Shown: positions 1-8,020 of the stretch, in pieces | Position numbering within the stretch: the first letter of the stretch is position 1 | Layout: every line of letters begins with the position of its first letter | DNA from: a virus | Taxonomy: Duplodnaviria > Caudoviricetes | Virus record (IMG/VR): IMGVR_UViG_3300007770_001239 | Location: 1 to 64,000 of that record | Strand: one strand, 5' to 3' | DNA: 64,000 nt | The notes under the pieces: generated by a model | What the model was told of the DNA's origin: nothing | Databases searched by the model: none | Seen by the model: the letters and a program-made list of their open reading frames with translations, nothing else | Position numbers and translations under genes: made by a program

Positions 1-4
1 TTTT

Positions 5-390
5 AAGGTTTAGTGACGGTATTGATCCGACCCCTTAAGTTCTAAGCCCCGCAGTCGCGGGTGGGGAAAACGTTGCTAGCTAGACCATCGATCATCGCCA
101 AAGAGCGAAGACGCTAAACCTTTTTATTTTGAGGCCTTGGGCTTAGCGGCCCAAGGAGCCGGTGGGGATCGGCAGTTGTTGTAGACAAAGAATGAGCGGT
201 GAGCGGCAAAGTGGTAGTCGGCAAGATACGTCAGCCTGAGGGATAACGGACCACCCAGTTATCTCGTACACATACAACGGATCCCCACCTCCTCTTTCAT
301 CTGCAAAAACACCAGGGAATGGCCCACCTTGGGATGTCAATAAATCAAAAACAACGGGCCCCTTTTATATCATCCATTCCCCGGGGGGAT
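5..390. ncRNA. Candidate structured non-coding RNA(s) or leader; family not recognised
   Basis: Inverted repeats: AAGGTTTAG 5-13/CTAAACCTT 114-122 then a T-run; CCTTGGGC 135-142/GCCCAAGG 149-156; GGTGGGGATC 161-170/GATCCCCACC 280-289; GGGATAAC 240-247/GTTATCTC 258-265 (one G-U); GGGAATGG 315-322/CCATTCCC 374-381. No credible ORF. Confidence 0.4.
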
Positions 391-391
391 T

Positions 392-1117
392 ATGACAAAC
401 TCAATCAGACTTTTCGAAGTTGGTGGCTCCATTCGTGATGAACTAATGGGCATCACCGAAATTCCTGACCGCGACTTCTGTGCTGAAGCACCCTCCTGGC
501 CTGCTCTTCTTGAGTGGTGCCGCTCTAGTATGGAGCGAGTGTTTCTTGTTACTCCTGAATTTTTTACCGTCCGTGGGCGTATGCCGAACGGTGATTCGAT
601 TGACGTGGTCATGTGTCGTAAGGACGGTTCAAGTTCTGACGGTCGTCATCCTGATACTGTCGAAGCTGGTACTCTTCTTGACGACTTGGCTCGTAGAGAC
701 TTCACGGTCAATGCTATGGCTCGTGAGGTGGACCCCGCAACTCTTGAACCGATTGGTGAGATCATCGACCCGTTCAGCGGTCGTATCCATCTGGAGAAGG
801 GATTGCTTCGTTGCGTCGGAACAGCGGCGCTAAGGCTTGAGGAAGACGGTCTTCGAGTCTTGAGAGCTGTTCGGTTCTCTATCACCAAGGAACTCACACC
901 CTGCGAAGAGCTTGGTTTCGAACTCAAGTCTGGTCATTGGTGGACTTTCGCTGGTGAGACTGTCAGCAACGAACGCATCCGTGAAGAACTTACGAAGATG
1001 TTCAAGCACGATACTCTTCGAACCATGATTCGGTTTGTTGAGCATCTTCCTGGCGAGGCTCTTATGCTGCTCGAAACAGCTGGCATCTGGCTTAAGCCGA
1101 CGGTGGAAAAAAAGTAA
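392..1117 (+). CDS. cca: Class II tRNA nucleotidyltransferase (CCA-adding), short form
   Basis: VGGSIRD..DRD, DLARRDFTVNAMA, DPFSG, EDGLRVLRAVRF, SNERIREEL motifs; poly(A) polymerase GRRF signature absent. Confidence 0.85.
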   Translation: MTNSIRLFEVGGSIRDELMGITEIPDRDFCAEAPSWPALLEWCRSSMERVFLVTPEFFTVRGRMPNGDSIDVVMCRKDGSSSDGRHPDTVEAGTLLDDLARRDFTVNAMAREVDPATLEPIGEIIDPFSGRIHLEKGLLRCVGTAALRLEEDGLRVLRAVRFSITKELTPCEELGFELKSGHWWTFAGETVSNERIREELTKMFKHDTLRTMIRFVEHLPGEALMLLETAGIWLKPTVEKK

Positions 1118-1134
1118 AACTGTTTCTGACAATC

Positions 1135-1164
1135 GTGCAAGAACCATCAGAAAAATGGTATAAT
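1135..1164 (+). promoter_or_regulatory. Sigma70-like promoter with extended -10
   Basis: TGgTATAAT at 1156-1164, GTGCAA at 1135-1140, intergenic, upstream of ATG 1212. Confidence 0.6.
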
Positions 1165-1211
1165 ATAATTGAAGGTGGGGAAATACTTCCTCCCAAAATC
1201 CTCGGTGAATA

Positions 1212-1457
1212 ATGACTGAACATCTTAATACAGACAATTTTGATTTTAACTCCTCATCACAAACGTTCTTTGCTGATGCATCTGAGCTCGGATGGAAGCC
1301 CGGACTTATCCCCGCTCGAATTGCTTTGACATCAGCAAGAACCGGTAAAGTCATAAGCTTTAAGCTTGATTTTATCGAGGAAGATGGATCTCTCAAGTTC
1401 GAGGCTTGGAACCCAACTAATTGGCGCGGGGTTAAAATCCACGTCTTTAACGACTAG
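1212..1457 (+). CDS. Hypothetical protein
   Basis: 81 aa ORF downstream of a promoter. Confidence 0.7.
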   Translation: MTEHLNTDNFDFNSSSQTFFADASELGWKPGLIPARIALTSARTGKVISFKLDFIEEDGSLKFEAWNPTNWRGVKIHVFND

Positions 1458-1464
1458 GGACAGA

Positions 1465-2025
1465 ATGTCAGACTACGACCCAAATGTACCGATGCTTAGA
1501 CAACTTCTTGCTCTTCAAATTCTTGGAAAGCTTGAAGACGCAGGGTTTAAGCATGAGCCACCAACAAAGAAGATGGCTAAGCCCTACATGGCAGAAAGAA
1601 TTTATGCACGTCATGATGGACTTCCGCCGGGTATGAAAGTGCAAGTCTACACGACTGTCATTGGTGATGGTGAGAATGTGCCGATAGAAGTACGCACGAG
1701 TGGCAAGGATGCCATCCGAGTATGCGCGGTATATGTGACCAAGGATGGAAAGACAAGGGGCCTTGGAAAGGAAACTCGCGTCAATCGTGCCGGGAATATC
1801 GAGGATATCGTAGACCGGATGGTCGAGCGGATGCGCAAGGCATGGATGACATGCAAGACGGCTGAGAAATGTAACAGCTGTGGCGCGCCAAAATTCGTAA
1901 CTAAAAATAATAAGCTTTGCTGCTCAGAGATCTGCTGGAAATCAGATGAAGAAAAGCGGGCAGATGAAATTTCATTCAAAACAAAAAACCGCCGGACACG
2001 GCGCAACTATCGTCGATGGCGGTAA
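1465..2025 (+). CDS. Hypothetical protein with C-terminal Zn ribbon
   Basis: Start moved to ATG 1465 after the previous stop; CNSC...CCSEIC cluster and basic tail. Confidence 0.7.
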   Translation: MSDYDPNVPMLRQLLALQILGKLEDAGFKHEPPTKKMAKPYMAERIYARHDGLPPGMKVQVYTTVIGDGENVPIEVRTSGKDAIRVCAVYVTKDGKTRGLGKETRVNRAGNIEDIVDRMVERMRKAWMTCKTAEKCNSCGAPKFVTKNNKLCCSEICWKSDEEKRADEISFKTKNRRTRRNYRRWR

Positions 2026-2035
2026 GGAGAAAAAT

Positions 2036-2308
2036 ATGCAAGACAAACCTGTTTACATCTACTTCAATCACGACCAGTGCCATAACTTCAACATTGAATA
2101 TTTTGGCGAATCCACTCTAACAGCTACAGGGGAAGAGATACTCAATTCTCGCTGGCAAGGATACGACAAGTTTCACCAGACTGTTCTTAAGCCTTTATCG
2201 TACAAACTTCTAACCTTGATTAAGACAGAATCTGATAGACCGGGGTGGTACTTATTGACAGGATATAATGAATCTGACTTTCCGGAGCTGAATGATGGAA
2301 ATGCATAA
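2036..2308 (+). CDS. Hypothetical protein
   Basis: AAGGAG RBS before ATG 2036. Confidence 0.65.
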   Translation: MQDKPVYIYFNHDQCHNFNIEYFGESTLTATGEEILNSRWQGYDKFHQTVLKPLSYKLLTLIKTESDRPGWYLLTGYNESDFPELNDGNA

Positions 2309-2528
2309 AGAAAAATATGAAGAGCTTCTTCGAAGATTTTGTCAGGAGCTACATGAAGTTGGGGTGAGTGAGAACCTCAAAGGTCTTATTCAAGACCAGG
2401 GAAACAGGACCCCAAATGTTATAGTCACCAGCGCCGAAGAGACCACGGATCGGTTTACCTACAGGCATGAGGGCTATATGATTGAAGCAGTAAGGACTGT
2501 CAAACTAGTAGTGAAAACAACAAAATGA
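2292..2528 (+). CDS. Hypothetical protein
   Basis: 78 aa ORF overlapping both neighbours. Confidence 0.6.
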   Translation: MMEMHKEKYEELLRRFCQELHEVGVSENLKGLIQDQGNRTPNVIVTSAEETTDRFTYRHEGYMIEAVRTVKLVVKTTK

Positions 2529-2914
2529 ATTATCGTGCTTGTGGTAGCTGCTCCGTATGTTGCGAAGTACTGGAGATACCCACGCTAGAAAAGCCCAAGA
2601 AGACCCTCTGTAGTAATGTTTGTGAGGGCGGGGGTTGTTCCATATATCAAGACAGACCAAGTGAATGTCGTACGTTTCAGTGCATCTGGAGTGAAGGATA
2701 TACTGGAAGCGGACAACGTCCGGACAAGAGCGGTATCATGGCCTATCATATCGATACACAATACGGTAGGACGCTGCTAATTCTTGAAGTAAAAGAAAAA
2801 GCGTTCGCTCGGCGTTCGTCACAAAAAGATAGGCTGGTCAAGTTCGCAGAAAAAAGAAATACGCCAGTGTTCGTGTCAAATCACAGAGGAGAAACTACCG
2901 CGATGATTCCGTAA
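2525..2914 (+). CDS. YkgJ-like cysteine cluster protein
   Basis: CGSCSVCC, C..C..GGCSIYQDRPSECRTFQCIW. Confidence 0.75.
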   Translation: MNYRACGSCSVCCEVLEIPTLEKPKKTLCSNVCEGGGCSIYQDRPSECRTFQCIWSEGYTGSGQRPDKSGIMAYHIDTQYGRTLLILEVKEKAFARRSSQKDRLVKFAEKRNTPVFVSNHRGETTAMIP

Positions 2915-2935
2915 AGCGGTATGAGGGGATAAATT

Positions 2936-3448
2936 ATGAAGAATGCAGAAAAAGCAAAAATTTACGCTTATGAAAAACATGCTGGTCAAATTCATGGAAC
3001 TAGACCATTTACAACTCATCTACATGAGGTAGTCGACACCCTCCATGAATTTGGATATAAGGACGATGATCTTACAGCGGCTGCATGGTTGCACGATGTG
3101 GTCGAAGATACTTCTGTAACTATTGAAGAAATTTATACAGAATTCGGAGACAGAATCGGAGACCTTGTGGATGCGCTAACTGATGGGCCTGGTGAGACAC
3201 GTCTAGAAAAGAAAGCAAAACCATATGCGACGATACCCAACGTTCCTGGAGCTGTTATCGTAAAACTAGCTGACAGAATAGCCAATGTTAGATTTACGAT
3301 GGTCGAGGGTGCCAAAGCTGAACGGTATCGGATGACGTATAAAAAAGAGCACGCCGGCTTTTGCAATGCGCTTAGCAAAGAAGGTGAAGCGACCGAGATG
3401 TGGTATCTACTGGACAATCTTCTGACCGGGGGTTTGAGGGGCGTGTAA
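2936..3448 (+). CDS. HD-domain (p)ppGpp hydrolase-like protein (small alarmone hydrolase/Mesh1 type)
   Basis: HAGQ..PF..HL.EV, AAAWLHDVVEDT, LVDALTD, VKLADRIAN. Confidence 0.85.
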   Translation: MKNAEKAKIYAYEKHAGQIHGTRPFTTHLHEVVDTLHEFGYKDDDLTAAAWLHDVVEDTSVTIEEIYTEFGDRIGDLVDALTDGPGETRLEKKAKPYATIPNVPGAVIVKLADRIANVRFTMVEGAKAERYRMTYKKEHAGFCNALSKEGEATEMWYLLDNLLTGGLRGV

Positions 3449-3469
3449 GTCAACAACTGCTTCTACGAA

Positions 3470-3476
3470 ATACTTA
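3470..3476 (+). promoter_or_regulatory. Candidate phage late-promoter motif ATACTTA
   Basis: Intergenic, 20 nt before ATG 3497, GGAGG in between; motif recurs before other genes. Confidence 0.45.
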
Positions 3477-3496
3477 GCATGGAGGTGAAAGCTTCC

Positions 3497-3688
3497 ATGC
3501 GTTTTTATTTGTTATTGATCCTATTATTACTTCTTTGTTGCGCCAAGAAAGAAGAACCACTCCAGCCCGCCTACGTTCCACCAGAACTAGACTGGACAGA
3601 AGATATGGATTTTGAAGAACTTCCTGAAGCGGGTGATACAGCAGATAATGATGTTGACGAAGACTTTATTATAGAACAAAATGATTGA
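3497..3688 (+). CDS. Small putative lipoprotein
   Basis: MRFYLLLILLLLLCC signal/lipobox-like N-terminus, acidic tail; GGAGG RBS. Confidence 0.6.
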   Translation: MRFYLLLILLLLLCCAKKEEPLQPAYVPPELDWTEDMDFEELPEAGDTADNDVDEDFIIEQND

Positions 3689-3713
3689 TATAATGATTCT
3701 TCGTGAGAGAAGA

Positions 3714-3720
3714 ATAATTA
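3714..3720 (+). promoter_or_regulatory. Candidate phage late-promoter motif ATAATTA
   Basis: Intergenic, 23 nt before ATG 3744. Confidence 0.4.
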
Positions 3721-3743
3721 AAGATAACTCCTGGAGATAAAAA

Positions 3744-4256
3744 ATGCGTATAAGCAAACGAGAGATACTGGAATTGATTTACGAACAGCAGGTTCAGGAT
3801 TCGAAACGACCTGATGAAGTTCAACCCGAGGAAGATGTGTGGGGTACGGGTGAGGAGCTTGAGCGCCCAATTGACTTCGAGAAAGAGTCTGGTCTTCCAG
3901 CTAATGTTGATGAACCAGAAGTTTTGGAGATTGTTGAAAGAGTAAAGCGACGCGCACGACTTCGTAGAATGATTAGGGAGCAAATGGCTGCCGCTGTTGA
4001 GGAAGAAGTTGTAGAACCAGAAGGCGGAGCTGTTGTAGATCCGGTAGTTGATGTTGAAGAAGAAAGAGCATCAGCAAGCCAGCAGTCATTACGTGACTGG
4101 CTAAAGGATACGGCTGCTGGAGTAGCAGGAATGGGAATTGCTGATGGACAGATTCCAGCATTGATTGCGTCCATGGATGACCTGATCCTCTCCGCGCAGA
4201 GCGGAAAGATGGCAAGCAGAGAAGACAAAGTTCGTCAACACATTGACACGGAGTAA
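3744..4256 (+). CDS. Acidic protein, possible internal head protein
   Basis: Glu-rich; MRISKREILELIYEQ and LRRMIREQ motifs. Confidence 0.7.
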   Translation: MRISKREILELIYEQQVQDSKRPDEVQPEEDVWGTGEELERPIDFEKESGLPANVDEPEVLEIVERVKRRARLRRMIREQMAAAVEEEVVEPEGGAVVDPVVDVEEERASASQQSLRDWLKDTAAGVAGMGIADGQIPALIASMDDLILSAQSGKMASREDKVRQHIDTE

Positions 4257-4259
4257 AAA

Positions 4260-4808
4260 ATGCAGTTGTCCAAAAGAGACCTGCTTCGTATCATTAGAGA
4301 AGAAGCTGCGAAATCGACAGAAAAATATGATGAAGATTCTGCTTTAAAGGGAGATCAAGATGAATTACCCGACGCGCTACAGAAGGGTATCATCGATAAG
4401 ACAGTCGAGGATAGAGAAAAAAATGAGTCGACAATTCGTTTTACTCGTCAGCAACTGCTTAAGATTTTGCGCGAAGAAATGGAGCTCGTCCAGGAAGAAG
4501 AGCCGCTAGCTTTAGACGCTGATGGTCTTGCTGCTGTTATTGCAGATATTGTAGGGGGAGTTGAGGCCGAAGAAGAGCCCCTTATGATGGGCGATGGTGG
4601 TAGAGCGAGAATGGCAAAACAGCAGCTGCAGCAGATCGCTAGCGCAGCTCAGGGCCTTCATGATCAACTAAATGACGATGATGAAATTCCAGAATGGACT
4701 CAGTCAAATATTGCGGTTGCTGAAGACAACATTGATGCAATAGCAGACCACCTTGGATATAAGATGACGGTCCAAGAAAATCGACGTAAAATTCGAAGAA
4801 AAAAATGA
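4260..4808 (+). CDS. Acidic protein, possible internal head protein
   Basis: MQLSKRDLLRIIREE and FTRQQLLKILREE motifs; IPEWTQSNIAVA helix. Confidence 0.7.
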   Translation: MQLSKRDLLRIIREEAAKSTEKYDEDSALKGDQDELPDALQKGIIDKTVEDREKNESTIRFTRQQLLKILREEMELVQEEEPLALDADGLAAVIADIVGGVEAEEEPLMMGDGGRARMAKQQLQQIASAAQGLHDQLNDDDEIPEWTQSNIAVAEDNIDAIADHLGYKMTVQENRRKIRRKK

Positions 4809-5371
4809 TACGTCGTATTAAAGAACAATGCGATCTGGGTCCGATTCCGGGCGGTGATGTTGAAGTTGTAGTTCCTGAAATTGAAATGAACGCAATGGAA
4901 CAGATGATTCCAGTAACTGCTTCAGAAATTATGGCTGCGTACATCGGGTTCACCAGAGCATATCACCTATGGTTCCATGCCGCGCATAACCTCACCAAGG
5001 GAACAGGGTTCGCTGGTGATCATGTAGACCTTTATGGTAAGATATACATAGAGGTGCAAGACTCCATCGATAGAGTGATTGAAAAAGCAGTTGGCGTTTT
5101 TGATGATGAGGCCTTGGCTTGTCCAATAAGAATAACTGCTGATGCATCGCTTGTTCTAGAGGAGTGGAATTCTCCAGCGGGACAATCGGCTGCTGTTATC
5201 GCAGACGCAGCGTTAGCCTACACAGAGCAGCTCGTTAAGCTTGACGAAAGAGTGGCTCAGACTCTAGATGAAATGGGCGCATTAACGTACGGACTTGATA
5301 ACCTACTTGCAGAACTAGCAGATACGCATGAAGGGTACGTCTATCTACTAAGACAGCGCGTTAAGAATTAA
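4805..5371 (+). CDS. Dps/ferritin-like protein with N-terminal extension
   Basis: HLWFHAAHNLTKGTGFAGDHVDLYGKIY..DRVIEK follows the Dps ferroxidase pattern. Confidence 0.7.
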   Translation: MIRRIKEQCDLGPIPGGDVEVVVPEIEMNAMEQMIPVTASEIMAAYIGFTRAYHLWFHAAHNLTKGTGFAGDHVDLYGKIYIEVQDSIDRVIEKAVGVFDDEALACPIRITADASLVLEEWNSPAGQSAAVIADAALAYTEQLVKLDERVAQTLDEMGALTYGLDNLLAELADTHEGYVYLLRQRVKN

Positions 5372-5630
5372 TTAATTTCTTGAACAACTGAACGGCGCGT
5401 GGTTTAATTGCTCTATGGCACGCCTTTACAAAGCTCTCAAGTTGTAAAGCGTGGCTCTTGGATTCGACCTCAGCAAATTCTATAAGTCTAACTGGCACTC
5501 GAGCAGCAGTGTATTTAGCGCCCTTTTTTTCGTTATGCTGGTTTATCCGACGGTTAATGTCAGTTGTGATACCACAATAGTAAGATTTATCTGCGCACTC
5601 TAGAAGATACACAAACCATTTTTTCTGCAT
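5361..5630 (-). CDS. GIY-YIG nuclease (UPF0213/YhbQ-like)
   Basis: WFVYLLECADKSYYCGITTDINRRINQHN..GAKYT; start moved to ATG 5630. Confidence 0.9.
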   Translation of the reverse strand: MQKKWFVYLLECADKSYYCGITTDINRRINQHNEKKGAKYTAARVPVRLIEFAEVESKSHALQLESFVKACHRAIKPRAVQLFKKLINS

Positions 5631-5964
5631 GACAAATAATAGCACTAGAAAAAGAAAGTTTAAAGTTGGCCAAGTATATTTGACTGACACGTTCGCTGGA
5701 GTGCGGGTAAAGATTAAGCTTACTAGAAAAGAAATAGACCCATTTACAAAGAAAGATGTGTGGTGGGGGGTCCTCATAGATGAGGAAGATGCTAAAGCTT
5801 TACATAAAGCAAGCGTGCCTTACAGTAGAATTAATATTGATGAATCTATTGTGTTCGAGTGGTTAATAGCTAAGAGTATACGACAACCCAGGAAAGCAGC
5901 AAAAAATGCAGACACTAACAGGAAGCGTAGGGTCAGAAGAAGACCAAAAAAAGAGTCCGTTTGA
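5629..5964 (+). CDS. Hypothetical basic protein
   Basis: 111 aa ORF with Arg/Lys-rich termini. Confidence 0.65.
   Translation: MTNNSTRKRKFKVGQVYLTDTFAGVRVKIKLTRKEIDPFTKKDVWWGVLIDEEDAKALHKASVPYSRINIDESIVFEWLIAKSIRQPRKAAKNADTNRKRRVRRRPKKESV
5636..5664 (-). promoter_or_regulatory. Sigma70-like promoter, possibly leaderless GIY-YIG mRNA
   Basis: Minus strand TTTAAA (5664-5659), 17 nt, TATTAT (5641-5636), 5 nt before the ATG; no RBS. Confidence 0.35.
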
Positions 5965-6196
5965 TAGGGCTCATGAAAATGCTTTAGCATTTATGGTGAA
6001 TATGCAGACATGCGCAACCTTTGAGTCGCTAGCTCAACGAATCGAATTATTAGAAACAGTTATGTCACTACCTGTTATGTCATCATCTGCTGCAAAAATT
6101 GTGACAATGACAAAAATTGGCTATGAGCAAGAGCTACAAGAAATAGACACTGCAATCAAAGTCTATTGTTCTTTACCCGGGGTTCCCGAAGCTTAG
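5906..6196 (+). CDS. Hypothetical protein
   Basis: ORF; true start may be downstream. Confidence 0.5.
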   Translation: MQTLTGSVGSEEDQKKSPFDRAHENALAFMVNMQTCATFESLAQRIELLETVMSLPVMSSSAAKIVTMTKIGYEQELQEIDTAIKVYCSLPGVPEA

Positions 6197-7098
6197 TCTA
6201 AAAAGTACGCTACTTCTACTAACACGCCATCGCCTGGTATCGTTAGGAAATTAACAGTGTTTGTGGGGCTGTCATATTCCCATTCAACATCAAGCATTGG
6301 AACACCATCCAAAAATACAACGATGCTTCCTGGCTCTGGTATCTGTGAAAGCTCAATGGAATCTATCGGCTCATAAGACTTGCTGGCTTCTTCAACGCCC
6401 TGAGTCCAATCAGAACTACATATGTCAATTTCCATGCCATTGAAGTCTCTGGTTAATTCCAGATACCTTTCACCAACTTGGTCTGCACAAGTGCTTGAGT
6501 CTAGACCGACTATTGAGGTAACAAAAGTTCTGGACCTGATGGTAGACAAGTAAGTACTAAAGTCTGGTACTGTCCAATCGAATGATTGTTCGTCCTCATC
6601 AGACACGAATACCACAAGTAAGGCCGCAGTTGGCCTCATCCAGGTAGATGAATATGAGCCCAGCGTGATATATGAATATACAGCTTCAAACCCCTCTTCT
6701 CCCGGGGGACCGTAGTAAGAGCCCTGTAGCGCATCTAGCGCAAGCGTAGCATCAATAATATCATCACCAGGAACAAGAGGAAATGTTGTGTTAGATATTG
6801 AGTAATTCCCATCAGTGCTAATAATCCCAAGACGCCAGCCGGTATCTATTGGAAGAGCATTCATCATAGCTTCTATTCCAGCAAGAAGCTCTGCGTCATG
6901 ATTACCCATGCTCCCGGATCTATCAATGACCCACAGGATATCATATCCATCGGTAGCAGAAGGTTGAATGAAAGAGTCGACCCAAACGTCTGGATACATT
7001 TCAACTTCTTCAATCTTTTCGTAAGTGAGTATATTGTCGCTGCCACAACTTAGACAGACTGTCAGTGCTATCAATAAAAGCGAGAAAATTTTATTCAC
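6193..7098 (-). CDS. vWA-domain lipoprotein
   Basis: LLLIALTVCLSC lipobox; MIDAS DILWVIDRSGSM; LLVVFVSDEDEQS; GTG 7098 with AGAGG RBS. Confidence 0.85.
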   Translation of the reverse strand: MNKIFSLLLIALTVCLSCGSDNILTYEKIEEVEMYPDVWVDSFIQPSATDGYDILWVIDRSGSMGNHDAELLAGIEAMMNALPIDTGWRLGIISTDGNYSISNTTFPLVPGDDIIDATLALDALQGSYYGPPGEEGFEAVYSYITLGSYSSTWMRPTAALLVVFVSDEDEQSFDWTVPDFSTYLSTIRSRTFVTSIVGLDSSTCADQVGERYLELTRDFNGMEIDICSSDWTQGVEEASKSYEPIDSIELSQIPEPGSIVVFLDGVPMLDVEWEYDSPTNTVNFLTIPGDGVLVEVAYFLD

Positions 7099-7119
7099 TT
7101 TGACGGTGCCTCTAAAAAT

Positions 7120-7126
7120 TAAATAT
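7120..7126 (-). promoter_or_regulatory. Candidate phage late-promoter motif ATATTTA
   Basis: Minus strand, 21 nt before GTG 7098. Confidence 0.45.
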
Positions 7127-7221
7127 AGAAAAAAAACGTTTAGTTGGTGTACTTTCAAGGAATGATGACTATCATTGTATTAAATAACCTCACCGGCTAT
7201 AGGTTTCCTATTGAGTAACGT

Positions 7222-7512
7222 ATGAAAGAAGTAACTACCATGTTAGTAATTGCGAGTATGCGTAGTTGGGATGGCTCAAGAATTTTAGGCGCTTTTAATT
7301 CAGAAAAAGAAGCGCTCAAGTTATGTGACGACGCAGGATATGATATTAACGGTGAAGAGTTTTACTTGGATGTTGTTGAGATGAACAAAATTTCCGATTC
7401 GCAACATCTTGTATTAGACCCGAGTACCACTACCAAGAACTTCAAGAGAATACACGTTTATTCTTGCGCTCTTAACACTTCTGAAAAAGATAAAAAAGAT
7501 ATGAATACTTAA
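7222..7512 (+). CDS. Hypothetical protein
   Basis: 96 aa ORF. Confidence 0.6.
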   Translation: MKEVTTMLVIASMRSWDGSRILGAFNSEKEALKLCDDAGYDINGEEFYLDVVEMNKISDSQHLVLDPSTTTKNFKRIHVYSCALNTSEKDKKDMNT

Positions 7513-7547
7513 TATTGCGCATGCGCAGACATGTTGGCAGGTGTGAA

Positions 7548-7733
7548 ATGCGTAATTCAGAGAAGGATGCAAAGAAGCTAGAGTTGATTTATCAATTAAG
7601 AAAATGTCTTCTGCATCTTAATAGAACGTATATTCTGGCTGCTTCGTGTAATGAAACAGCGACCATCGGAGAAATAAAGAAGTGCATGGATTTGATAAAA
7701 AGACGGATAAAAGTGCTGTCAGCAAAGTCCTAA
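7548..7733 (+). CDS. Hypothetical protein
   Basis: Short helical ORF; start moved to ATG 7548. Confidence 0.45.
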   Translation: MRNSEKDAKKLELIYQLRKCLLHLNRTYILAASCNETATIGEIKKCMDLIKRRIKVLSAKS

Positions 7734-8020
7734 ACGAAGATGGGCCTGGTAGCAACTTTCATACGATAGACCCCCACCCAATTAGTTTTTTCCACGATGA
7801 CCGTGTTGACGTGGAAATGTTTCCATCTGGATGGGGAGAGTTTGGGGTCCAGGTTACATGTGATGACTTGGAATATAACAGCGGCCTTCGCCGATTTTCA
7901 GATGAAGAACAAGGTGAGCTTTGGGCTAGAAATCAATACAGCAATTTAATTTCCAAACTTGATTCAGCAAACAATGTCGTAGAAGAAGTGATTAAAAGGC
8001 TTCTAGAGAACGCCGTTTGA
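7682..8020 (+). CDS. Hypothetical protein
   Basis: 112 aa ORF, 52 nt overlap with the previous ORF. Confidence 0.6.
   Translation: MHGFDKKTDKSAVSKVLNEDGPGSNFHTIDPHPISFFHDDRVDVEMFPSGWGEFGVQVTCDDLEYNSGLRRFSDEEQGELWARNQYSNLISKLDSANNVVEEVIKRLLENAV

Noticed and set aside
161-300. tmRNA, tRNA, SRP, 6S or retron ncRNA identity for the structured region
   Set aside because: No T-arm/CCA end, SRP domain IV motif or 6S-like rod, and no reverse transcriptase in the window; left unassigned.
143-612. Short minus-strand ORFs 143-340 and 370-612
   Set aside because: No motifs; they overlap the structured region or lie antisense to cca.
7515-8020. Frameshift joining ORFs 7548-7733 and 7682-8020
   Set aside because: No convincing slippery site, the second ORF has its own ATG, and there is no homology evidence for a fusion.
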